A stretch of DNA of 63,691 nucleotides, the filler included, from Octopus bimaculoides (Eukaryota), in the NCBI RefSeq assembly GCF_001194135.2. It is 5 parts of 5 records of this genome, joined end to end, with 100 filler letters (N's around TTAATTAATTAA, not from the genome) between each part and the next. Parts side by side here need not be neighbours in the genome. Positions count along the whole stretch, not along the records: positions 11,358 to 27,374 come from NC_068981.1; 4 more parts are not named here. One strand, given 5' to 3'. Below, piece after piece: positions 12,829 through 25,229 of this stretch. The position numbers and the translations under genes are program-made. Positions within the stretch are counted from its first letter, which is position 1. The number at the start of each line of letters is the position of its first letter. The notes below the pieces were generated by a model. The model worked only from the letters and a program-made list of their open reading frames with translations, did no database searches and had not been told where the DNA came from.

Positions 12829-12880
12829 GGTGGTGGTGGTGGTGGTGGTAGAGGTGAGAGCATAGGAGGAGGAGGAGGAA
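12335..12880. repeat. Degenerate (GAT/GGT)n array containing a 51-bp unit x3
   Basis: Unit GATGGTGAGGGTGATAGTGAGGGGGATGT..ATGATGGTGGT.GTGGTG.T repeated at about 12475-12625. Confidence 0.9.
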
Positions 12881-13014
12881 GAAATGGAGAGTAGCTCCCC
12901 CCAACCATCATTAATCATATTATGCAAGCTCAACTACTTGAAGGTGACTCAGACTTTCAACAGACTGGATTCGTCATGGTAGTCTGGTCCGGCCTACATA
13001 TAACTAACTACTTA

Positions 13015-13123
13015 TTATCTTGTTCTATCATTGATCATCTGGGAAGCAGTGTAATGGAAAAGCTTAAGCTGCGTCTCTACTTGTCTTTCAAGATCAAAAA
13101 GGTCACTGTTTGACTTCTTGGTC
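13015..13123 (-). CDS. Candidate terminal coding exon (TKKSNSDLFDLERQVETQLKLFHYTASQMINDRTR**)
   Basis: Strong acceptor ttgtttctcttccccttag, 35 open codons, tandem TAA TAA; unique sequence. No family recognised. Confidence 0.33.
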
Positions 13124-13371
13124 CTAAGGGGAAGAGAAACAACACGGCTGCAAAAACTTTTTGAGATTATTCTCTCTTCTCTCTCCTCCTCCTCTTCCTC
13201 TCTCTCTCTATCTTCCCCCCTCTCTTTTTATCTCTTTCTTTCCCTCTCTTACTTTGTCTCTTTCTCTCTCTCTCTCCCCACTCACTTTGTCTCTCTCTCC
13301 CCACTCGCTTTGTCTCTCTCTCCCACTCTCTTTGCTCCCTCATCTCTCTCTCTCTGTTACCTTTTATCTTT

Positions 13372-13545
13372 TACTTGTTTCATTCTTCAGACTGCGGCTA
13401 TGATAGTCTTGAAGGGTTCTGTTGAGCAAATCAGCTCCAGTACTTACCTTTAAGCCTAATACTTACTCTCTTTGTCTCTTTTGACAGACTGCTAGATCAC
13501 AGGGATATAAACAAACCAACACCAGGTGTCAAGCACAAAAACACA
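13372..13545 (-). mobile_element. SINE family B, 3' half
   Basis: Reverse complement of the family B 3' region. Confidence 0.7.
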
Positions 13546-13600
13546 CACACACGTAGATATCTATCTATCTATCTTTCTTTCTATTTACACACACACACAC

Positions 13601-13642
<42 letters not shown>

Positions 13643-14140
13643 TGGTTTTCTACTCCTTACACAGAGTTTGACCACCTCCTGCACCTACACCTTAGCCCTT
13701 TCATGGCGTCTGATGTGGCTTTTTAAACCAGACAATNNNNNNNNNNNNNNNNNNNNNNNNNNNNNNNNNNNNNNNNNNNNNNNNNNNNNNNNNNNNNNNN
13801 NNNNNNNNNNNNNNNNNNNNNNNNNNNNNNNNNNNNNNNNNNNNNNNNNNNNNNNNNNNNNNNNNNNNNNNNNNNNNNNNNNNNNNNNNNNNNNNNNNNN
13901 NNNNNNNNNNNNNNNNNNNNNNNNNNNNNNNNNNNNNNNNNNNNNNNNNNNNNNNNNNNNNNNNNNNNNNNNNNNNNNNNNNNNNNNNNNNNNNNNNNNN
14001 NNNNNNNNNNNNNNNNNNNNNNNNNNNNNNNNNNNNNNNNNNNNNNNNNNNNNNNNNNNNNNNNNNNNNNNNNNNNNNNNNNNNNNNNNNNNNNNNNNNN
14101 NNNNNNNNNNNNNNNNNNNNNNNNNNNNNNNNNNNNNNNN

Positions 14141-14752
14141 TCATCATCATCATCATCATCATCGTTTAACGTCCGCTTTCCATGCTAGCATGGGTTGGAC
14201 GAATTGACTGAGGACTGGTGAACCAGATGGCTGTACCAGGCTCCAATCTGATCTGGCAGAGTTTCTACAGCTGGATGCCCTTCCTAGCACCAACGACTCC
14301 GAGAGTGTAGTGGGTGCTTTTACGTGCCACCAGCACAAAGGCCACTCAGGCGGTACTGGCAACGGCCACACTCAAATGGTGTTTTTATATGCCACCTGCA
14401 CAGGAGTCAGTCCAGCGGCGCTGGCAATGACCTCACTCGAATGTTTTGTTCACTCTGGGAAGAACGTAATAGAGTACAGTATAAAGCTCATCCCACTTCA
14501 GGTTTACCCCGTGCTATCCAGTATTATAGGTACTTCCAGGTTTGTGTTTGGGTATCTTTTGTGTCATCATCATCATCATCATCATCGTTTAACATCCGCT
14601 TTCCATGCTAGCATGGGTCGGCCGATTTGACTGAGGACTGGTGAACCAGATGGCTACACCAGGCTCCAATCTGATTTGGCAGAGTTTCTACAGCTAGATG
14701 CCCTTCCTAACGCCAACCACTCTGAGAATGTAGTGGGTGCTTTTACGTGCCC
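14141..14752 (-). mobile_element. Two tandem RTE 3'-end copies (14141-14465, 14565-14752)
   Basis: Both begin CATCATCATCGTTTAAC.TCCGCTTTCCATGCTAGCATGGGT and are highly similar to each other. Confidence 0.85.
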
Positions 14753-14885
14753 AATCACTCTCTTCCTGTCTTCTAAAATGAGAATAGTCATGTAGCCTCT
14801 TGACATTTGCCCAGGGAGCCACACAGTGGGACTGAACATGAAACCATGTGGTCGAGAAACAAACTTCTTACCACACAGCCATGCT
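14753..14885 (-). mobile_element. SINE family B, 5' part
   Basis: Reverse complement of GGCTGTGTGGTAAGAAGTTTG...TTCAGTCCCACTGTGTGG. Confidence 0.7.
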
Positions 14886-15389
14886 AGCACATGTAATGAC
14901 AAAAGCTATAAACATCAGTGAAGAAAATAAACACAAACAAATAGTGCTTCATGAACAAAGTCCCTTAAGATATTTGTTCAGCATCAAGTTAAATACTACA
15001 TTCCCTTATCATCCTTACTATCAAAGTTGCAGCAAATCAGTGACTGCACCACTGAAAAGCTCTAACCAATGATATCATTGCTTACTAACGATGATATAAA
15101 ATATATAAACTAAAATAAAATAACATTAATACTAAAAGTCATTTTGTCTGATACTCTACTGATTCTGCCATTTTCTGCCCTAATTGCTCTCAAAACTTTG
15201 ACTACATTACCATTAACTTTTGAACTTCCAAGAGAAATTGAAAGTCTTTTATTTTCTTAGATGTTGGATATCATTTTCTAATCCTCTGAAAATATATTCT
15301 TAACGTCTTCTAGTAATCGGTTAATTGAAGTCATTCTTCTATAGGGAAACAGGGCTGTAGCTGAACAATACAATGATTTAGCAGTGACA

Positions 15390-15660
<271 letters not shown>

Positions 15661-16497
15661 TCATTGTGGTGGCTATGATGATAATTACTGCCATTGTTGC
15701 TGGCAAGGTGGTGGAATCATTACAGCAGTGAAAAAACAGTTATTGCAACATAAATGCAGGAATGAAATTTGCTTAGTGGATGCAAACCCAGGTATAAAAT
15801 TCTTTTAGCAAACAAGGTTGATTTTTTTGAATTTTAATATCAAAACAAACACAGGTACAATAATAATTATTATTATCAAGTGAGTTCAAATTCTGTTGAG
15901 GTCGACTTTGCCTTTCATCCTTTTGGTTGATAAATTAATTACTACCCTCTCTGCAAAATTGCTGGCTTTGTACCTAAATCAGAAACCATTGTTTTTGTTG
16001 TTGTTTAGCCCCAGATCAACTTACTGTGCATGCCATTCCAGCTGTAACCATTCCATCTTTTAAGCAGTCCCTTTTTTTTTTAAGAGAGTAGAGTCCTATT
16101 TGAAGGGGATTTGAATGCTATATCTAGAGATCATTTAGAGGTGCCATTTTGAGCTCATGATGGTGATGACTGGATGAGGATGATGATGATGATGATGATG
16201 ATGAAGATGATGATGATGATGATGATTATGATGAGAATGATGATGATGATAATGATGACTATGATGATGATGATGAGGACAATGTGTGGAATAGATTCCT
16301 TACAACATTTTGCTCCTATATCATGGAACTAATCCACTGAAATGAATCTTTATAATATCCTTGCTCTTGGCTATATGAAGAAGTAATTACTGTGTTTACA
16401 GGCTTTGGAAGTGCAATCTTTTTCCTAAAATAAGTCTTGAAAATTTACCATGCTTCCAAAAGGATGCAAGTTACAAGTTTTCCAACTTTAAACTTAC

Positions 16498-16561
16498 CTC
16501 CTGTCCATATTCGAAAAAACAGTAAAAGAAAAAAACATGGACAATAAGTGATTAACAGGAT
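16498..16561 (-). CDS. Candidate 64-nt internal exon (PVNHLLSMFFSFTVFSNMDR)
   Basis: Consensus donor AG|gtaagt, weak acceptor, open frame; phase-2 end is compatible with both 13123 and 6786. Confidence 0.28.
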
Positions 16562-16854
16562 CTATATTTATATGTCACTAAACCACTAAGACATTTGGTA
16601 AAGATATATGAAATTGCTGAGGTCTTAAGGTTTATATTTATCTTTATTTCAAAATTAGAATGCAACTTGGAGATCAGTATGTCCTTAATGCTAGGAAATA
16701 TGGTAAATGTCCTAAAATAACGTGTATATACATACACACATAAATACACACACACATGTACGCATACACGTGCACACCCGAGCACACTTATATACATCAT
16801 ACACAACTGTATGTCCTGGCTACTATTTGTTATAAAATATTTTTGCAGTGCAGA

Positions 16855-17320
16855 GGTACAGCCATGGCTGTGTGGTAAGAAGTTTGCTTCCCAACCACAT
16901 GGTTCTAGGTTCAGTCTCACTGTGTGGCACCTTGGGTAAGTGTCTTCTACTATAGTCTTGGATTGACCAAAGCCTAGGGAGTAGATTTGGTAGATGGAAA
17001 CTGAAAGAAGCCTGTCATATATACACACACACACACTTGTGTGTGTGTGTGTGTGTGTATGTGTGTGTGTGTGTATGTGCATATTTGTGTTTGTGTATGT
17101 CTTTGTATTTGTGGTTGTCACCCACCACTGCTTGACTTACTACGTTGGGGTGTTTACGTCCCCGTAACTCAGTGGTTTGGCAATAGAGACTGATAGAATA
17201 AGTACTAGGCTTAAAAAAAAAGTCCCAAGGTCGATTTGTTCAACTAAAACCCTTCAAGGTGGTGCCCCAGCATGGCCGCAGTCAAATTACTGAAACAAAT
17301 AAAAACTGAAAGATGAAAGA
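16855..17320 (+). mobile_element. SINE family B, full length, with internal (CA/TG)n
   Basis: tRNA-like head (TGGCTGTGTGG; GGTTCAGTC), CORE-like CCTTGGGTAAGTG motif, central microsatellite and conserved 3' half; more than ten copies in the window. Confidence 0.85.
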
Positions 17321-17757
17321 TATGGAAATTCAAAAGCAGTGTTCTAATCTTTTTCTAAGGAAGAAATTATTTCAACCATTGTTTTTTAACTTTTTAACAA
17401 TATTTTTTGCTTGGACAAAGCTGTTCATCATCACCATCATCATCACTATTTTACATCCAATTTTCCATACTTGCATGGATTGGCTGGAATTTATTGAGGT
17501 AAATTTTCAAAAGCTGGATGCCTTTCCTGTCACTAGCCTTCATTTGTTTTCAAGTGATTGAATATTTTACACAGAAAACTGGAAATGAAAGACACCACTT
17601 GTATAACAATGACACTTGCTTATAACTACCATGTGATGTCAAGACAAGGGGACACAATAATGCATACACAGTAACACTCCCATGTGTACACAATCACATG
17701 TGTGTGAATAGATGAGGACATGTGTGTACTATGTAAAAAGAGTGCCAATCTCTGATT

Positions 17758-18183
17758 GTGGAGGAAATCTGTGGAAGAGGTAGACATGAGATGAGGTGGT
17801 GAAATATGATTTTTGGTTGTTGAGTCTCATGGAGGCAATGATAAATGACTGAGACTTCTGGCAATTTGTTGTGCTGGAGAATATATGGCAAGCTAAGTGA
17901 AATCATGGCCATGGCCAGTGCTGGTGATATGATAGGCATCAGTGCCAGTGACACATAACAGGCACTGGTGCCAGTGACATGTAAAAGGTACCCATGCCAT
18001 TGAGGCATAAAAGACACTCTGCACTCTGTAGAGTGGTTGGCATTAAGAAGGGCATCAAGCCATAGAAACCAAGCCAAAACAGATGATTAGAGCCTGGTGC
18101 AGCTCTCCAGCTTACCAGCTCTGGTCAAATTATCTAACCCATGCCAGTATGGAAAACAGACATTAAATGATAATGATACTGAT
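17758..18183 (+). mobile_element. RTE-clade LINE 3' end
   Basis: Starts with a decayed ORF2 end (GRGR..DEVVKYD...) and ends with the family 3' UTR and GAT-like tail. Confidence 0.75.
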
Positions 18184-18187
18184 GTTA

Positions 18188-18340
18188 TATGACAGGCTTC
18201 TTTCTATTTCTGTCTACCAAATCCACTCACAAGACTTTTGTCAGCTTTGGGCTATAGAAGAAGACACTTGTCCAAACAGCTTCTCAGTGAGACTGAACTC
18301 AAAATCTTGAAAATCAAATTTCTTAATCATACAGCCATGC
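18188..18340 (-). mobile_element. SINE family B, 5' part
   Basis: Reverse complement of the family head. Confidence 0.7.
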
Positions 18341-18687
18341 TTAGTTTAACTAAATATTTACACATGTAAATCAACATAGCATCATATTTAATTTGCTTAT
18401 ATTTATACATTTTCATCTTAGTTTCTTTTTCGCTTCCATATTTGTTGTTCAAATGAAACATACTGAAATTTAGTTTGGTATAATAATCATTTCAGTACAG
18501 TGTAATATAGTGTTTATTGCAGTATAGTGTAATAGTATTAATAGTATTTGCTGTTGTTTAGCTCCAAGCTAGTCTTTATCAAGCCAAATCTATGATAAAA
18601 GTTGTTTCAACTGTAATTACCTTGTCATGGAGCATATTATCCAATGGGCTATGTTATCATGGTCCATATTTTCCAATGCATCCTTTT

Positions 18688-19468
18688 TATAATGAAGTGA
18701 CCGAGACCTTGATTAGTGACTGAGACCTGACTAGTGACTGAGACCTTTGGAAATATGCAGTCCGTGAGAAGACCCGGCAAGCCAACTGAAACCCTAATAT
18801 GCGGCCTCTGCCAGGAGTGTAGCCAGCCCACTTATGTGTACCTCTCCTCCATTGGACACTAAACTCTGCTTGCGAAGACCTGTTGAGGCAAGTGAAATCG
18901 AAACCGAACCAAATTTGACGACTGGCACCCATGCCAACCTTTCCTTCATTGGACACTAAACTCTACTTGTGAAGACCTGTTGGGGCATGTGAAATCAAAA
19001 TCGTAATTGAACCATATTCAATGACTGGCACCTGTGCCAGTGGAGTGCTAACAGCACCGTCTGAGCGTGATCATTGCCAGAACAGCTGTCTGGCTTCTGT
19101 GCCGGTGGCATGTAAATAGCACCATTTGAGTATAATCATTACTAGCATCGCCTTACTGGCACTTGTGCCAGTTGCACGTGAAAAAACATTTGAGTGAGAT
19201 TGTTGCCAGTACTGCTGGACTGGCTCCTGTGCAGGTGGCACGTTAAAAACACCATTTTGAGCATGGCCATTGCTAGTACCACCTGACTGGCCCTTGTGCT
19301 GGTGGCATGTAAAAACACTCACTACACTCTCGGAGTGGTTGGCGTTATGAAGGGCATCCAGCTGTAGAAACTCTGCCAGATCAGATTGGAGCCTGGTGCA
19401 GCCATCTGGTTCGCCAGTCCTCAGTCAAATCGTCCAACCCATGCTAGCATGGAAAGCGAACGTTAAAC

Positions 19469-19528
<60 letters not shown>

Positions 19529-19560
19529 GATGATGATGATGATGATGTTGATGATGATGT
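18688..19560 (+). mobile_element. RTE-clade LINE 3' end, long-UTR variant, long (GAT)n tail
   Basis: Family 3' region plus an internal ~95-bp duplication (CATTGGACACTAAACTCT...GACTGGCACC at about 18850 and 18947). Confidence 0.85.
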
Positions 19561-19934
19561 AATGAGTGATCTGTGTGTGGCTGCTATTTCCAGCAGCCTA
19601 TGTAGAAGCATTCTTGTTGGTTCAAAAATAGATCTGGATTTTCTTAGGAATTGTATCCAGCCATTGAACCACGCCAAAGTAGAGACTGGAGCATCTTGCA
19701 GTCCTTGGAGCCATCATATCCTGGCAATTTATCCAACCCACATCAGCATGGAATATGGATGTTAAATAATGATAATGATGGTTACTCATCTAGGTACTAA
19801 TCTGGATCAACTTTGCCTAACTTTGGTAATTGGAAAGTCAACATTTTCAACATATGGCCATTAGCTATTGTTTGTTTCAGTATAACGTTATGTGGGATGT
19901 TTCTTCAAGGAAATAAAATAAACACAACAAATAT

Positions 19935-20362
19935 CATTATCATCATCATCATCATCGTTTAACACCCGCTTTCCATGCTAGCATGGGTTGGACGATTTGA
20001 CTGAGGACTGGTGAACCAGATGGCTACACCAGGCTCCAATCTGATTTGGCAGAGTTTCTACATCTGGATGCCCTTCCTAACGCTAACCACTCTGAGAGTG
20101 TAGTGGGTGCTTTTATGTGCCACCGGCATGAAGACCAGGCAGGCAGTACTGGCAACGGCCATGCTCAAAATGGTGTATTTTACGTCTCACCTGCACAGGA
20201 GCCCGTCCAGCAGCACTGGCAACGGTCTCGCTCGAATGTCTTTACATGTGCCAGGAAGGCAACGCTGGGCACAGGTGCCATCACGATTTTGCTTTCGCTT
20301 GCCCCAATAGGTCTTTGCAAGCCGAGTTAGGTCTTCACAAGCCGAGTTAGATCTTCGCATGA
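19935..20362 (-). mobile_element. RTE-clade LINE 3' end
   Basis: Near reverse complement of 19130-19480. Confidence 0.85.
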
Positions 20363-21382
20363 AACAAATGGTATGCAAAACAAATACTAAGATCAGCATA
20401 AAATCAGTTAATAATGAGAGAAAATATAAAAAACAACAATGTAAGTTTATACTACATATCCTTTAAAATGATATTTATAAAAATATCTTAAATTGAAAAA
20501 AAAAATGTGAGCAATTTAAAATTTTGATAGTTTTTTTCTAAATATTTCAATTAATTAGAATTAAGGCAAAAAAGAATATGTGCACAAGACCATTGTAGTG
20601 GCATTTTCATGGCATTACTAGGCAACAGAGACATAGAAATTCAAGCAGATATGTAATATATTAAGCAGAATAAAATTCATGTAGACAAGCTTAAACAATG
20701 ATTGATACATATATACATATGACAACTTTAAAACAATGGGAAAAAAGGAGTGAGTATGAAAATCAAAATGTATGCTACACAAAACCTGCAGAATTCTATG
20801 ACAGCATTCATTGTTTAATCAAGACTGAAGGGAAATATTAGACAAGGAATATCATGAGAATAAATATAATAAAGGAAGATTGAAACAATAAAGAAAATAC
20901 GAAAATGCTGAATGTAAGTAGAGATCTGATTGAAGATAGCAAACAAAAATAGTTGTGTTAGCACTGGTTGAACTTCCAGAACTGTAACTTTGTCAAGTGT
21001 AAATTGATACCATGTATTATTGAATACCAATTGGATGAGGTTTTATGTAAATTTGAAAAATATAAAACATGAAATTAGATCCATCTAGATTATAGTAACT
21101 CCTGAACTGAAGCTGAAATTTCATACATAAACCTGTGAAAACATTCAAATAAAGAGAGATGTCAACAGCCTGTTCATTTAAGGCTGTTGTATTATGATTA
21201 TGTGTTTTTTAAAAAAAATATATATAAAATATAATGAACTTATTGTATCCAGTGCTTAGGTGCACTACACCTCATCAGAAAAAGTAATCAAAACTGCATG
21301 AACAATACATAGAATATGCACAGGAAGTGAGCAGTGAATAAATCTTCAAAAAAAAAGTATTTATTATTTTTTTAAACCTAGT

Positions 21383-21494
21383 AGTTATTCTCTTGGTTTC
21401 TTTTGCTTAGTCTCTAAATTATGGGGACATAAACTCACCAACACTGGTTGTCAAACAGTGGTAGGGGAAAAACACAGACACAAGCTCCTGTGCG

Positions 21495-21532
<38 letters not shown>

Positions 21533-21683
21533 ATGGGCTTCTTTTAGTTTCTGTCTATCAAATCTACTCAAAAGGCTTTGGATGGTCCAAGGCTATAGCA
21601 GAAGACATCTGCCCAAGGTGCCACTCAGTGGGACTGAATCCAGAACTATGTGGTTAGGAAGTAAACTTCTTACCACACAGCTA
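21383..21683 (-). mobile_element. SINE family B
   Basis: Both halves present around the (CA)n core. Confidence 0.8.
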
Positions 21684-22107
21684 CGATTATGCTTTTGGGT
21701 AATTTTTTTAGGTTGAAATTCTATCCAATACAGATATATANNNNNNNNNNNNNNNNNNNNNNNNNNNNNNNNNNNNNNNNNNNNNNNNNNNNNNNNNNNN
21801 NNNNNNNNNNNNNNNNNNNNNNNNNNNNNNNNNNNNNNNNNNNNNNNNNNNNNNNNNNNNNNNNNNNNNNNNNNNNNNNNNNNNNNNNNNNNNNNNNNNN
21901 NNNNNNNNNNNNNNNNNNNNNNNNNNNNNNNNNNNNNNNNNNNNNNNNNNNNNNNNNNNNNNNNNNNNNNNNNNNNNNNNNNNNNNNNNNNNNNNNNNNN
22001 NNNNNNNNNNNNNNNNNNNNNNNNNNNNNNNNNNNNNNNNNNNNNNNNNNNNNNNNNNNNNNNNNNNNNNNNNNNNNNNNNNNNNNNNNNNNNNNNNNNN
22101 NNNNNNA

Positions 22108-22597
22108 CAGGACCATTGATTGATTAGACAATTTGCCAAAAGGACAATATGTCGACATTTTTTAAAAACAAAGTAAAAATAACGAAAATGTTTTATTAGA
22201 CTTACAAATAAAAACAATTTATTTATAAAAAAGATATTTTGTACAATAGGTTGATATATGAAAAAAGCACAAAAAGTTTTGTTTGTCTTACAAATAGAAA
22301 TAAAGACATCACATACAATTATGGGAATAGGTGGATGTACGTGTTCAGAAGAAGTTGTGCTAATTTCATCATCAATCGTTGTCAGTCTAGCACTGCGCAG
22401 TTTATGATTTGCACATCTCCAATAAGTCTTTTCCTTTCTGGTTCTATCAATAATAAAGGTGTACCCTTTGTATAGAAGCTTTCTGCCTCCACATTCCGTT
22501 TTGATGAACTCCATGATTGATACTTCTGCATGTTGATTTATTGTCCAATCAGCAAATTGTCTGTCGGCGAATTGTCTGCATCCGTCATATGTCACCC
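22108..22597 (-). mobile_element. MULE-like non-autonomous element carrying a FLYWCH zinc-finger fragment
   Basis: MEFIKTECGGRKLLYKGYTFIIDRTRKEKTYWRCANHKLRSARLTT...SSEHVHPP (ATG at 22514) fits FLYWCH (L..Y.F...YW.C...H.HP). GACAATT(T/C)GC subterminal motifs are inverted at the two ends; the left end runs into an N gap. Confidence 0.7.
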
Positions 22598-22686
22598 TAG
22601 ACTTTTCTACCCTGTTCTCAACTATAAGCTATCAGAGCCACTCCTTCAGTTTGGAGGAAGTGAGATTTAGCCTCTGTGTTTTCCCA

Positions 22687-22945
22687 GTGGAGGCATGTAG
22701 CTGAGTGGTTAGGCTGCTGGACTCACGAGTGTAAAACTGTGGTTTTGATTCCTTGACTCAGTGATGTGTTGCATTCTTGAGCAAAACACTTCATTCCACG
22801 TTGCTCCAGTCCACTCAGCTGGCAAAAATGACTTATCCTATGACAGATCGGCTTCCCAGCCAGGTAGGGAATTTATACGCCATGGAAACCAGGAAACTGG
22901 CCCTTATGAGTTAGCATGACTCACAAAGGTAACCTTCACCTTACT
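22687..22945 (+). mobile_element. tRNA-head SINE family E-related copy
   Basis: TAGCTGAGTGG head and TTCTTGAGCAAAACACTTCATTCCACGTTGCTCCAGTCCACTCAGCTG core shared with 55210. Confidence 0.75.
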
Positions 22946-22949
22946 TTAC

Positions 22950-24230
22950 CATTAGTTTCTCCAAGAGAGAGCCTTCCTCTCCCAGGTCTTGTTGGTTTTT
23001 GAATTGTCATCAATGCTTTGTATCCTGCTTTTTCTAGGCATGGGCTTTGGCCCAATGCAGGTGGTCCATATTAGTTTGGCCTTGAACCTTTGACCTGTCA
23101 AGCATTGGATGCTCTACCAGAAACTTGTACTTTACTGGCATAGCTCTCCGGGTCCCTGAGGTATCCAAGCCACCGTAATGCAACATGAACCGGACCTTGC
23201 TTATACTGATAACAGTGGAATTAAAGCTGGAATCACATGACTGAGAAGGAAACTTCTTAACAACACCAAGAAGCTCTCACCCAGCTTTGGATAAAACATA
23301 AGAATTTAAAATGCTCAGATTGCTTCATTCCTTTCAAGATGTAACAGCTCTAAATAACTAATTGTAAATTGGTAAATATAAGTCCGGCATATGATATCAA
23401 GTGAAAGTTTCTATGGAAAAAATTCAATATAAATAGAAATAAATATTTTCAGTGAAAGTTTCTACTATCTTTGTATTTCATTTTAAGAGCTGAAATTGAA
23501 TTTTAAATTAATTTTCTCTTGTTGTTGGGTTTGAGTGTATGGTATAATTATAGCTTTGAAGAAATCCAATAGAACAGTGACTAGGAAGAAAATTAATGGC
23601 CCATTAACTAAATTTTCTCCTTAATCTGTGTCTCATCCAGGATTAAAGCAAAATCTCATTATAAGTAAATAGCAATTTGTTATGTAACAATTAATTTGGA
23701 GTTTTAAACACCAAATTACTTCTGACTTTTGAAATTTTCACCACCCACACTGCATCCTACATTTAGTAACAAAGTGATCACTAAAAGACTTTTATTTAAC
23801 TTATAGTAATGCTGCTGATGGTTATCGTGGTCACAATAAAGACAATGATAATGATAGTGATAATAATTTCGAACATTGGTACAAACCAGTAAGCTAAGGG
23901 GTGGGGATAGTTAATTGATTAAGATGATATCAATACCTGATGGGTATATTTTAGTGACCCTAGAGGGAAGAAATGCAAAGTTAGCCTTGATAGGATTTGA
24001 ACTTGATAGGATGTAAAGAATCATGACAAATACCATCAAGCATTTTAATCAAAGCTTTGTGATTACTTAATGGCATGTCACCTCCAGAGAATTCTTGATT
24101 TTTGCCATTCTCTCCTCTCTTATTCAGAGTCAGTTCCAGCTGCCGATGGGTGAACATTTTGAGGTATAAGTGGAGGAGATTGGAGGAGAAAGTGGCAACA
24201 GCTTGGAATATGCTTAACCTGGTATCCTTC
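22950..24230 (-). mobile_element. Decayed RTE-type ORF2 C-terminal relics (about 24230-24000 and 23330-22950)
   Basis: Frameshifted fragments LSIFQAV, ALRWLGYLR, GQRFKAKLIW and TWERKALSWR echo the RTE pattern LRW.GHV.R...G.R..G.PK..W...TWE..A..R..WR. Confidence 0.4.
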
Positions 24231-24398
24231 ACAAAACATGAAACTTGAGTTCTTTTTCCAAAGACTATAAGAAACTGTTTATAAAATACTCATAACTCTG
24301 AAATGTATTGTATGCCTCTATTTGCTGAACCTATGAAGCTTTTAAAAATGAACACTGTGTGTGTGTGTTTNNNNNNNNNNNNNNNNNNNNNNNNNNNN

Positions 24399-24438
<40 letters not shown>

Positions 24439-24812
24439 CAAAATAATATGCGTTGAAAATGCATTAAATCTTTAAATATATAATGAATAAAACAAGTTCA
24501 TTTTTTAACACAGGAGATAAATTTTTCTTTTTTATCTTTATATATGAAAATATTGATACAAAATTATGGTTTACTGTAAAATATTAAAGCATGTTTTTCA
24601 CAAGGTGAGTTTCACACAAAAAAAGGAGAATCACATTTTACTGAAAAGTTTGCGTATAAAAAGGTTTTATGCAAAATAAGTGTCAATGAATAAAATTTAG
24701 TGTATGTTTTAACAATAGAACTTTTGCAGGTGAGAGAAAGTCATATTTTATTAACTGGTTTTGATGTCTTCAGATTTAGAAAGTTTAAAGTATGTTCTCC
24801 AATGCATTTTTA

Positions 24813-24861
<49 letters not shown>

Positions 24862-25187
24862 NNNNNNNNNNNNNNNNNNNNNNNNNNNNNNNNNNNNNNN
24901 NNNNNNNNNNNNNNNNNNNNNNNNNNNNNNNNNNNNNNNNNNNNNNNNNNNNNNNNNNNNNNNNNNNNNNNNNNNNNNNNNNNNNNNNNNNNNNNNNNNN
25001 NNNNNNNNNNNNNNNNNNNNNNNNNNNNNNNNNNNNNNNNNNNNNNNNNNNNNNNNNNNNNNNNNNNNNNNNNNNNNNNNNNNNNNNNNNNNNNNNNNNN
25101 NNNNNNNNNNNNNNNNNNNNNNNNNNNNNNNNNNNNNNNNNNNNNNNNNNNNNNNNNNNNNNNNNNNNNNNNNNNNNNNNNNNNNNN

Positions 25188-25229
<42 letters not shown>

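Noticed and set aside
12331-12933. Asp/Gly-, Thr/Ile-, His- and Pro/Ser-rich ORFs resembling structural proteins
   Set aside because: Several frames on both strands are open only because GAT/GGT repeats lack stops; there is no splice or homology support.
15278-15345. Exon-like RMTSINRLLEDVKNIFSED* on the minus strand
   Set aside because: Short, and one of several chance-level look-alikes in A-rich sequence.
21255-21280. CTGATGA-GGTG-TAGTG-CACC on the minus strand (hammerhead-like 5' half and stem II)
   Set aside because: Followed by TAAGC instead of GAAA, with no stem I or III.
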